Source: Bifidobacterium longum subsp. longum JCM 1217
Lineage (GTDB): Bacteria; Actinomycetota; Actinomycetes; Actinomycetales; Bifidobacteriaceae
Reading direction: 5' to 3'
NCBI RefSeq assembly: GCF_000196555.1
Contig: NC_015067.1
Coordinates: 1,200,001-1,232,000, forward strand
DNA: 32,000 bases
A program made the position numbers and the translations under genes. Under the pieces are notes generated by a model. The model was not told where the DNA came from, did no database searches, and worked only from the letters and a program-made list of their open reading frames with translations. The stretch's first letter is position 1. The number at the start of each line of letters is the position of its first letter. This document shows positions 22,620-30,737 of this stretch, piece after piece.

Positions 22620-25600
22620 ATGATCAGATTCGAATACGAATACCCCGTCCGCGTGAAGACCCAGGCAGGCGACAGCGTCGAATTCGACCCGGCGAACAAC
22701 GGCGGCCACCGGGCGCTCCTCGACCGGCAGATAGCGAAATGGCAGGCCGGGTATCCGGAGGCCAAGGCCGCCCGCCTCGAATTCATCGACCGGGACCGGC
22801 ATGTCGCCGTCCTCGTCGACCGGCAGTCGTCCAGCGTCGACATGCGCGACGATTCCAGCCTCGAAGTCAATCTGAGCGCCGAACATTCGAAACCCAGCAA
22901 GGGCGCCGAGGTGCAGGCCGTATACGAGACGAAATACCCCGGATACCGGCTCACCGTGTTCCACCCGTACGAAGGCAAGGCGCTCCTCGAACGGCTCACG
23001 GACGCGCAGGCCACGGCCCGCGCCCAGATCGCCACCGAACTCGGCCTGCACGACTGGGATCTCAGGGTCACGCCTTTGGAGGACGGCGGATGGAAGGTCC
23101 TCCTCGACGAGGGCATCACCTACCAGCCGTCCAAAATGGACACGCGCATGGAGAAGGCCTGCCTGACCGTCGGCCGGCTCGGCTGGTGGTTTGACGCCGA
23201 CCCCGACACCGGCGTCATCGAGATCCATCCCGGCGAGCCGCCCACCTTCCCCAAACTCGTCCCCTTCCCGTTCGACCGGATCGGCGACCCGACCGTCCGC
23301 GACAAGACCCCGTTCGGCATCCGACTGGCCCGCCCCGGCGAGACCGGCGAACCCGCGTTCGTCGACTGGACCCAATCCCTCGGCCTCCTTATAGCCGGAT
23401 TGTCAGGTGGCGGCAAGGCTCTTCCCTTGGATGCGCGTATCCCCGTGCCCGTCTCCGAACGCTTCCCCGCCGGCTGGGCTAGGAACCGGGACCTCAAAGA
23501 AGGCGATCCGGTGTACGGGCGCGACGGGCGGATCATCCCCATCAAGGACTTCAGCGACGTGGAGGAGCTGCCCATCTACCGTCTGACCCTGTCCGATGGC
23601 CAGATTCTGGAATGCGCGGACAACCATCTGTGGACCGTATCGGATTCCGTCATGCGCCAGGCCATGTCCGACGAACGAGGCCGGGAGCGACGCGAACAGA
23701 CCATCCGGCTCGTGAATCGTTTGCGTGACGAAGCGGCCACGGTCGGGGATGGCGTGAGAGCCAACCGACGCCATATCGCCATCGACCACGGGCTGCCCCC
23801 TAATGTGACCCAGAACTGCGCGGAACGGCATGATCTGGTCGGGTCGGATGGCCTGTGCGACGAGGCGGAACTGCTGCACGCCATCGCCGACGAACGCGAA
23901 TCCTACGTCATGCCCGGCGGCGTATGGGCGAACACCGTCGAAACGATCCTCACTGCACGCGAGATATCGGAGAATCCGAAACCTCACGGCAAATGCTGGG
24001 GTATCCGCCTTGCCAATCCCATCGAGAATCCGGACGCCAACCTGCCGCTCGGCCCGTATTTCCTCGGCACCTGGCTTGGCGACGGCATCTCCCGTGCCGG
24101 GGCCATCTGTCTCAACGATGACGACGAACCGCATATGCAACCCGACATTCTCTCCAGTCTGGGTGGTTCGATCCGTCGCGGAAAAGTTGAACACGGGGCG
24201 CATACCTGGTTCTATGACATGGATGACGGGCGCATCCTCGTAACCGAACTCAAAAGGCTCGGCCTGTACATGGACAAGCACATCCCCGCCGTCTATCTGC
24301 GCGCCTCCAAGAGCCAGCGCCTCGCCCTGCTCCAGGGGCTCATGGATACGGACGGTTCGGTTTCCAGTCGCGGATCATGCGAACTGTGCTTCACCAATCA
24401 GCGGCTTGCCGAAACCGCATTGGAGCTCATCCGCTCCCTGGGCATCGCCGCCGGCATGCACTCCGGACGGGCGGGCTATACAAAAGACGGCGAACGTGTG
24501 GAGGCCGGCATCCGGTATCGGATCCGTTTCACCACCTCCAAACCCGTGTTCCGCTTGCCCCGCAAACTGGCACGGCTCAAGACCGACACCCGTTCCACGC
24601 AGGATTGGCTGTACATCACGTCCTGCGAGCCGACGGGGCGCACGGAGCCGGTCCGCTGCCTGAACGTGGCGACCGACGACCACCTGTTCCTCATGGGCGG
24701 GTTCGTGCCCACGCATAACAGCGTCACCATCAATGACGTGACCACGTTGGGCATCGGCACGGGCGCGGAACTGTACGTGATCGACCATTCCACGAAGGCC
24801 ACCGACTACTACTGGTGCCGGCCGTGGATCGCGGACCGGGGCTGGGGCGCGGATTCGCTGCTCCAGACCGCCGGACTGTTGAAATGGCTGCTCGACGACA
24901 TCGAGGACGGCGGCGAGCGCGCCAGGGCGTGGAAGAGCCACGGCTGGCAGAACTGGTACGACGACCTGTCAGACGAGGACAAGAGACGATACCCGTACCG
25001 GCTGATCGTCGTGGACGAGCTGTCCCAGCTGACGGTCGGCGCGAAGGATGCGACCAGCCTGCCGAAGAACCCGCTGCCGCCGGTCATGGAGAAGATGTTC
25101 GAACAGCAGGTGAAGGCGCTCATCCTGTCCACCCTGATCCGCATCCTTCAGATCGGCCGAGCCTATGGCTACCGGGTGGTGGTCGCCACCCAGATCGCGT
25201 CGTCGACGACGGGCATGCCGCCCGCGTTGCGCGGCAACCTGGGCAACAAGGTCATCATGGGCGCGAAGGTCAACGACGCGCAGAAGAACCTGATCTTCAA
25301 CATCGCGAAGGACGTGCCCGACATTCCGGCGAACGTGATCGACGAGGGCGTGTCCAAGGGCGCGGGCCTGAGCGAGATGGAGGGGCAGCCGCCCTACGAT
25401 TTCAAGAGCTCGTTCCCCATGCTTGGGCATCATGCGGGCGTGGCGGCGCTCGGCAAGGCTTTGGCCGAACGGATCGGCCTGCCCGACGGGATCGGCATGG
25501 ACGAATACCTCGACTCCCTGGACAAGGACACGCCTTCGAACCCGGAGTTCGAACAACGGGTCATGGAACGCATCCGGTTCCCCGAGGCGGAATCATATCT

Positions 25601-25811
25601 GCGTTTCCCGTTCCTGCAGGCCATCAAGGACAAGTGGGATGAAAGCCTCGACGAGTACGGGGGCGGCCCGGCCGATGCCGGATCCGGGGGGAACGGGGAT
25701 GACGGCACCGCACCCGCCGGCCGACCGGTCGCACCGGCCGCCTCCGGCCCGGAACCGTCCGGCCCGCTCATGGACGCGGCCGAACTGGCGCGCATCATGC
25801 GCCGGGGCTGA
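22620..25811 (+). CDS. FtsK/SpoIIIE-family conjugative coupling/translocase ATPase (TcpA/TraB-like), interrupted by an intein
   Basis: Walker A is split as GLSGGGK | S. Walker B is YRLIVVDELSQL. VVVATQIASS...LRGNLGNKVIMG is typical of FtsK-like motors. No SD, and the T of a GGCATAGCC box is 12 nt upstream of the ATG. Confidence 0.85.
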   Translation: MIRFEYEYPVRVKTQAGDSVEFDPANNGGHRALLDRQIAKWQAGYPEAKAARLEFIDRDRHVAVLVDRQSSSVDMRDDSSLEVNLSAEHSKPSKGAEVQAVYETKYPGYRLTVFHPYEGKALLERLTDAQATARAQIATELGLHDWDLRVTPLEDGGWKVLLDEGITYQPSKMDTRMEKACLTVGRLGWWFDADPDTGVIEIHPGEPPTFPKLVPFPFDRIGDPTVRDKTPFGIRLARPGETGEPAFVDWTQSLGLLIAGLSGGGKALPLDARIPVPVSERFPAGWARNRDLKEGDPVYGRDGRIIPIKDFSDVEELPIYRLTLSDGQILECADNHLWTVSDSVMRQAMSDERGRERREQTIRLVNRLRDEAATVGDGVRANRRHIAIDHGLPPNVTQNCAERHDLVGSDGLCDEAELLHAIADERESYVMPGGVWANTVETILTAREISENPKPHGKCWGIRLANPIENPDANLPLGPYFLGTWLGDGISRAGAICLNDDDEPHMQPDILSSLGGSIRRGKVEHGAHTWFYDMDDGRILVTELKRLGLYMDKHIPAVYLRASKSQRLALLQGLMDTDGSVSSRGSCELCFTNQRLAETALELIRSLGIAAGMHSGRAGYTKDGERVEAGIRYRIRFTTSKPVFRLPRKLARLKTDTRSTQDWLYITSCEPTGRTEPVRCLNVATDDHLFLMGGFVPTHNSVTINDVTTLGIGTGAELYVIDHSTKATDYYWCRPWIADRGWGADSLLQTAGLLKWLLDDIEDGGERARAWKSHGWQNWYDDLSDEDKRRYPYRLIVVDELSQLTVGAKDATSLPKNPLPPVMEKMFEQQVKALILSTLIRILQIGRAYGYRVVVATQIASSTTGMPPALRGNLGNKVIMGAKVNDAQKNLIFNIAKDVPDIPANVIDEGVSKGAGLSEMEGQPPYDFKSSFPMLGHHAGVAALGKALAERIGLPDGIGMDEYLDSLDKDTPSNPEFEQRVMERIRFPEAESYLRFPFLQAIKDKWDESLDEYGGGPADAGSGGNGDDGTAPAGRPVAPAASGPEPSGPLMDAAELARIMRRG
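23418..24719 (+). mobile_element. 434-aa intein with a LAGLIDADG homing endonuclease domain, inserted in the P-loop
   Basis: Starts ALPLDARIPV right after GGGK and ends FVPTHN before SVT, so removal restores GLSGGGKSVT. Block B is GQILECADNHLW and block F is VRCLNVATDDH. LAGLIDADG motifs are YFLGTWLGDGIS and LALLQGLMDTDGSV. Confidence 0.85.
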
Positions 25812-25940
25812 TCCGGATCCCGGTCTCCGGGCCCATCCTGTTCCAATCGGCCAGCCAAACGACGATCCGATCATCATCATGCATGTACCAGGCCGGCCGT
25901 TCAGAAGCGCAAACCGACCGTATCGCACTGATACGGGACT

Positions 25941-25959
25941 CCCATGCCTCAGGCATGGG
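25941..25959. terminator. Perfect 8-bp hairpin between convergent genes
   Basis: cccatgcc tca ggcatggg, followed by aggacgtcaa. Lies between the stops at 25811 (+) and 26018 (-). No U-tract. Confidence 0.35.
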
Positions 25960-26017
25960 AGGACGTCAACGTATCGGCTTCCGATGCTAGCGCATGCGCC
26001 TTGTCCCCGGCCGGTGG

Positions 26018-27052
26018 TCATCCATGCGCCGGATAAGCGTCCCGTGGCGTCCCGTCGTCGGCGATGCTCGCCCAATGGTATCCGTAGGCGACGTGATCCG
26101 GGTCGCCCGCCACATGCCCGATGTTGGTGGCCGACCCGGCGGGCAGTCCCAATGCGACTGCGGCGGCGCGCAACGACGGGTATATGGTTCCCGTCTCCAC
26201 GCAGCGGATGGCGTGCCGGTTGCCTTTCGGCGCGGATCCCGCCCTCAGCCGGGCCAGGAGCGCCGGATCAGCCGAGGCCAGCCGGGCCAGCCATTCCGGG
26301 CTCGCCCAATGGAAGCCGCCGGCGCGGCGATCCGGATTGTCTCGCACATGGTTGATCAGGTCGCGCATGCCGGGCGTGTTCCTTGTCCGGCCCGTCAGGG
26401 CCAGGGTTTCGGCGGCGCGCATCGCGTCCCCGTATTCGACGCCCGTCTCCACGCATACGACCGGGCCGCGCAGCATGGTCTCGCGCATCGTCCTGCGCCA
26501 GGCGGCGAGCAGGCCGGGATGCCGGCGGCGTATCCGCCCGTACGTGACGCCGTCGACCCAGTGGACGCCCCCGTTCCGCCTGTCCAGCCGGTTGCGCTTC
26601 TGCAACCGGGATACGGGCATGCCATGCGCTTCGGCGGCCAGCGTCATCGTGTCGTACGCCTCCCCCGTTTCGGCGCACACCCACAGTCCCCTGAGCCGCT
26701 CCCCCTCCACAAGCCCCCGCAGCCGGCGGCGGCCTTGTTCGCCCAGCGCATCCCAGCGTCCGGCGGAAATCCAGTGCGCGCCGCCGGCGCTGCGACGCCA
26801 TGGCTGCGCGCTTCTGGCCGCCACGCTGATCCTGCCCACGGCCGCCCCGGTCTCATCATGGGCGGCCTTCAGCGTGTCGAACCGTCTGCCGTCCTCGATG
26901 CGCACCACGCCGGACAACCGTCGCGGCTCGAACTCGAATCCCGCGGCCTCCAGACGACGGGTCTGCCCCGCGTCGAGCCGGCCATGCCGCCACGCGTCGC
27001 GGATCCGCGCCGCATACGCCTGGTATCGTCTGGCTTCAACGCTTGTCGCCAC
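26018..27052 (-). CDS. Helicase-associated-domain-like N-terminus plus four tandem NUMOD1-like DNA-binding repeats
   Basis: GTG start overlapping the helicase 3' end by 17 nt. Four repeats of the pattern h-x-C-h-E-T-G-x-x-Y-x(3)-AA-x(10-25)-GG-x-HW: RIEDGRRFDTLKAAHD..GGAHW, VCAETGEAYDTMTLAAEA..NGGVHW, VCVETGVEYGDAMRAAET..AGGFHW, RCVETGTIYPSLRAAAVA..AYGYHW. Confidence 0.7.
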   Translation of the reverse strand: MATSVEARRYQAYAARIRDAWRHGRLDAGQTRRLEAAGFEFEPRRLSGVVRIEDGRRFDTLKAAHDETGAAVGRISVAARSAQPWRRSAGGAHWISAGRWDALGEQGRRRLRGLVEGERLRGLWVCAETGEAYDTMTLAAEAHGMPVSRLQKRNRLDRRNGGVHWVDGVTYGRIRRRHPGLLAAWRRTMRETMLRGPVVCVETGVEYGDAMRAAETLALTGRTRNTPGMRDLINHVRDNPDRRAGGFHWASPEWLARLASADPALLARLRAGSAPKGNRHAIRCVETGTIYPSLRAAAVALGLPAGSATNIGHVAGDPDHVAYGYHWASIADDGTPRDAYPAHG

Positions 27053-28295
27053 GGCGTTCCCCCAATCGTCGGATCACGTATTCGATCTTCCCGTCCATGC
27101 TCATGCCCAGCATGTCCTCCAGACGGGAGGCGAGGATGCGGATGTCGGCCGTCTCGTCCACGATCCGCATGCCCGCCAGCGGGTTTCCGGCATCCATATC
27201 CGCGCCGCCGGCCGCATCCGCGGGGGTTCCATGGGCGAGCAGCCATCCCAGCCCCGAATAATTGTCCGATATGTCGAACACGAGGGGCGTCCGGTTGCCC
27301 GTCGCGTCCAGGACGCGCCCCAACTGCTGGAGGTACACGTGCGGGCTTGTGGTGGCGCGCAGCATGACGATCGCGTCCACGCCGTCCAGATGCACGCCCT
27401 CGTTGAGCATGTCCACGCAGTACAGGATCTTCCGCCCCGGCGCCGAATCCGCCTCGAACGCGCGGATCGCGCCGTCGGGCCGCCCGTACCGGCTGTGGAT
27501 CGCGTAATCCCTCGCATCCGGGCCGAACCATTCGCGGGCATGGGCGCGCGCCCCCTCCAGCCGGGTCAGGTCGGTGCAGAACACGATGACGTGCGCGTCC
27601 GGCGGCAGGCGGCGGGCGAACATGGCGTCGACGCCTGCCATGCCCGTCACGGCGCGGCGCAGCCGTTCGAACAGGCGGCGCGCGTCCGGCGTCCCGCACC
27701 GTTCCACGCGGGGGCGGACGCGTCCGATGAGCGCATCCCCCTCGTATCCGGCGATGACGTATTCGGGGACGGGCAGTATCCGTCGCGCCCATGCCTCGCT
27801 CAATGTCATGCGGGAGGCGACCCGCCCGTCGAACAGCTCGTCGGTCATGTCCCTGGCCCCGTCCCCGTACCGTCTGGGCGTGGCCGACAGTCCGACGATC
27901 CTCGCCCCGGGGTTCGCGTCCAGGAGACGGCGCACCCCCGCGCCCCAATGGCGGGCCCCGCAATGATGGTATTCGTCGAGGATGATCAGGTCCGCATGCG
28001 GCATGGGGTTCCCGCGGCGCGTGCCGATCATCAGCTTCGCGTAGGTGAGGACCGTCACCCGGTCGGCCCGGAAGCCCGGGATGTCCCGTTCCAGGCATGG
28101 CAGCCGGCCGTCGGTGATGGTCCTTGACGGAGTGCACCAGATGACGTCCCATGACGGGCGGGCGGCGATGAGCGCGGCGGCGACGTAGGATTTGCCGGTC
28201 CCGGTCGGCTGGATGACGGCCGCCCTGTCCGTCATGTCGAGCATGGCCTCCAGTCCGCGCAATGCGGTCCGATTATGCGGGAGCAGTCCGTTCAT
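27036..28295 (-). CDS. Superfamily-2 DEAD/DEAH-box helicase (type III restriction Res-like core)
   Basis: Motif I QPTGTGKS, motif II LILDEYHH, motif III LSATP, motif VI QQLGRVLD. ATGA overlap with the upstream gene. Confidence 0.85.
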   Translation of the reverse strand: MNGLLPHNRTALRGLEAMLDMTDRAAVIQPTGTGKSYVAAALIAARPSWDVIWCTPSRTITDGRLPCLERDIPGFRADRVTVLTYAKLMIGTRRGNPMPHADLIILDEYHHCGARHWGAGVRRLLDANPGARIVGLSATPRRYGDGARDMTDELFDGRVASRMTLSEAWARRILPVPEYVIAGYEGDALIGRVRPRVERCGTPDARRLFERLRRAVTGMAGVDAMFARRLPPDAHVIVFCTDLTRLEGARAHAREWFGPDARDYAIHSRYGRPDGAIRAFEADSAPGRKILYCVDMLNEGVHLDGVDAIVMLRATTSPHVYLQQLGRVLDATGNRTPLVFDISDNYSGLGWLLAHGTPADAAGGADMDAGNPLAGMRIVDETADIRILASRLEDMLGMSMDGKIEYVIRRLGERRGDKR

Positions 28296-29074
28296 GCCGT
28301 CGGGTATGCGTTCCCCTCGCGTTTCTCGAACGTTTCGAGCATGGCGGGCACGCCTTCCATGGGGAACGTGGCCGTCGTGCCGAGGATGACGCCCTTCAAC
28401 AGGTTCGCGGCCACATGCTCCGCCTCCCGGACGGCTTTCGTGTTCGAGGCGGGACGCCGGTGCGCGGCCGCGTACTCGCGCATGACGGGCAGTTGGCGCG
28501 CCAGCTCGTCGTCATGCATGCCGTGCGCGCGGATGCGCCGCAATTCCGCGAGGTCGTCGTCCGGCAGGCGGCACGGCCATGGGGCGGACGGGTCCGCGCA
28601 GACGAGGCCGGCGGCGAGCATGAGCCGCATCGATTCCGCCTGCATTTTCCGCCGCCGCCGGGCGTCCATGTCCCGTTCCAGCAGATGCAGGTTCGAGGCG
28701 ACGTTGCCCAACGCCATGTCCACGGTCCGCCGTGTCGCCAGACCGGCCGCCAGGGGCTTCAGACCGTCCGGCAGCCCCGCGTCGAGGAGCAGGCACCCGT
28801 CCGGCAGGGACAGGGCCTCGAGCATGTTCGGGGATCCCTTGGCGACGCCTTTCAGGAACGCGACGGGCGTCATGATGGTGATGTCGGGATCGTGCAGCCC
28901 GATCGTCGCGTCCGCGCGATCCAGGAGGATGTCCTCCGGATCCGGCGCGATGACGATCCTCAGGTCGATGTCGCTGTCCGGACGGGCGAGCCCGTGCGCG
29001 TGGCTGCCGCCCACCCATGCGGCGAGCACGCGACGGGCCATGTGGGGTGCGAGCGCCTGTTCGAAACGGTTCAT
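28292..29074 (-). CDS. Pol-beta-superfamily nucleotidyltransferase (RlaP/PF10127-like)
   Basis: Start chosen at MNRFEQ (ATG 29074, ATGA overlap with the upstream stop). NTase signature GGSHAHGLARPDSDIDL (G-S ... D-x-D). Confidence 0.7.
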   Translation of the reverse strand: MNRFEQALAPHMARRVLAAWVGGSHAHGLARPDSDIDLRIVIAPDPEDILLDRADATIGLHDPDITIMTPVAFLKGVAKGSPNMLEALSLPDGCLLLDAGLPDGLKPLAAGLATRRTVDMALGNVASNLHLLERDMDARRRRKMQAESMRLMLAAGLVCADPSAPWPCRLPDDDLAELRRIRAHGMHDDELARQLPVMREYAAAHRRPASNTKAVREAEHVAANLLKGVILGTTATFPMEGVPAMLETFEKREGNAYPTA

Positions 29075-29403
29075 CGTTCGATTCCCAACGATTCGAGGTA
29101 GTCGTCGCCGAGCCGGGCGGCCTGCCGGCCTTCGCGGCTGTGGTTGATGCGGTCGGCCACGTCGCACGCCTCGCGGACGAGACCGGCGAACAGGCGGGCG
29201 TCGCCGGCGTCGCGGGCGCCGATGCCGGTCCATGCGATGCGGGCCTTGCCGTATTCCATGCGGATGGTCACGCAGGCCGGTTCGCCGAGGCGCGTGGCGT
29301 CCGTCCCGTTGTCGATCCGGTATGGGCGTTCCGGGTCGTCGAGACGGTGGACGGTGAAGTGTTCTGTGGAGAATGCGATGCGATCGTTCATGGAGGGATG
29401 CAT
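29071..29403 (-). CDS. Hypothetical protein (106-110 aa), first gene of the helicase operon
   Basis: ATG 29403 is directly preceded by GGGGACGC, with an alternative ATG at 29391. No motif recognised. Confidence 0.5.
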   Translation of the reverse strand: MHPSMNDRIAFSTEHFTVHRLDDPERPYRIDNGTDATRLGEPACVTIRMEYGKARIAWTGIGARDAGDARLFAGLVREACDVADRINHSREGRQAARLGDDYLESLGIER

Positions 29404-29430
29404 GCGTCCCCGCGGACGGGTTCCGTCGGG

Positions 29431-29479
29431 CTTTACATTATTGTAAAGCCCCGGCCCCGGACTTTACAATATTGTATAG
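29431..29479 (-). promoter_or_regulatory. Two 18-bp AT-rich palindromes that carry a sigma70-like -35/-10 for the minus-strand operon
   Basis: ctttacattattgtaaag (29431-29448) and ctttacaatattgtatag (29462-29479). On the minus strand, TTGTAA (29469-29464) and TACAAT (29445-29440) are separated by 18 nt, about 35 nt upstream of ATG 29403. Confidence 0.45.
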
Positions 29480-29801
29480 TTTTCCGGCCCGTTTTGTATG
29501 CGTGTATGCATCTGTATGCATCCGGGGATGCATACAGAAAAAGCCCGGAAAAAGCCCGAAAACCCTTATATATAAAGGGAAAAACAGAATTCCTTTCTCT
29601 TGTATGCATTGTATGCATCAATATAAGGGGTTTCTTCCCTTTTTCCCGAATCCCCTATAAGGGAACGATGCATACAATGCATACACGCCCCCGGACCATC
29701 CCCGGAACGTCGGAAACAAGCCGAAACGGGAAGAGAAGATGTATGCATCCCCGGATGCATACGGATGCATACACGCGCCCCGGAATGCATACACGGCCCG
29801 G

Positions 29802-29827
29802 GGCCGGCGACCGCCGGCCACCGTTTT
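29802..29827 (+). terminator. Terminator-like hairpin plus T-tract inside array unit 1
   Basis: ggccggc gacc gccggcc, then accgtttt. Confidence 0.3.
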
Positions 29828-30259
29828 GCCGTGAGGGTGCCCCGCCTTTAGGCGTGGGGAGGACGTCAAGCGATCCTCCGATCCGTTTCGCCGGGCTCCC
29901 CGGGGGTTCGCGATGCTGTGGAGCCGCATGCGCGGGACCGTGTATGCATTCCGGTTCGCGTGTATGCATTTGTATGCATCCGGGGATGCATACAGAAAAA
30001 GCCCGGAAAAAGCCCGAAAACCCTTATATATAAAGGGAAAAACAGAATTCCTTTCTCTTGTATGCATTGTATGCATCAATATAAGGGGTTTCCTTCCTTT
30101 TTCTCGAATCCTCTATAAGGGAATGATGCATACAATGCATACACGCCCCCGGACCATCCCCGGAACGTTGGAACCAAGCCGAAACGGGAAGAGAAGATGT
30201 ATGCATCCCCGGATGCATACGGATGCATACAGGCCGGCCGGAATGCATACACGGCCCGG

Positions 30260-30285
30260 GGCCGGCGACCGCCGGCCACCGTTTT
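30260..30285 (+). terminator. Terminator-like hairpin plus T-tract inside array unit 2
   Basis: Identical copy 458 bp downstream of the first. Confidence 0.3.
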
Positions 30286-30737
30286 GCCGTGAGGGTGCCC
30301 CGCCTTTAGGCGTGGGGAGGACGTCAAGCGATCCTCCGATCCGTTTCGCCGGGCTCCCCGGGGGTTCGCGATGCTGTGGAGCCGCATGCGCGGGACCGTG
30401 TATGCATTCCGGTTCGCGTGTATGCATTTGTATGCATCCGGGGATGCATACAGAAAAAGCCCGGAAAAAGCCCGAAAACCCTTATATATAAAGGGAAAAA
30501 CAGAATTCCTTTCTCTTGTATGCATTGTATGCATCAATATAAGGGGTTTCTTCCCTTTTTCCCGAATCCTCTATAAGGGAATGATGCATACAATGCATAC
30601 ACGCCCCCGGACCATCCCCGGAACGTCGGAAACAAGCCGAAACGGAAAGAAAAGATGTATGCATCCCCTGATGCATACGGATGCATACAGCCCGCCCGGA
30701 ATGCATACGCGCCCCGGGGCCGGCATAGCCGCGCCGC

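Larger units (their letters stand above)
29496..30724. repeat. Tandem array: 458-bp unit x ~2.7, each unit carrying 12 TGTATGCAT/ATGCATACA iterons
   Basis: Equivalent positions 29504, 29962 and 30420 are exactly 458 bp apart. Units differ by a handful of substitutions. About 35 iteron copies by hand count. The ORF track shows the same 458-nt periodicity. Confidence 0.95.

Noticed and set aside
21248-23375. 623-aa and 424-aa minus-strand ORFs antisense to the HExxH and FtsK-like genes
   Set aside because: No motifs, an Arg/Pro/Gly-rich composition, and complete overlap with plus-strand genes that carry clear catalytic motifs.
25994-28152. Plus-strand ORFs of 457 and 668 aa and a 427-aa minus-strand ORF over the helicase operon
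   Set aside because: These are shadow ORFs of GC-rich genes. The helicase and NUMOD-like frames contain ordered canonical motifs, and these ORFs do not.
28292-29233. Using the full 313-aa track ORF for the nucleotidyltransferase
   Set aside because: The N-terminal 53 residues are an Arg/Pro run produced by reading through the upstream gene in another frame. ATG 29074 gives an ATGA-coupled start just before the NTase motif.
29496-30724. Possibility that the repeat array is a CRISPR locus
   Set aside because: The units are 458 bp long and near-identical throughout, so there are no unique spacers between short repeats. The short iterons occur in both orientations with irregular spacing.
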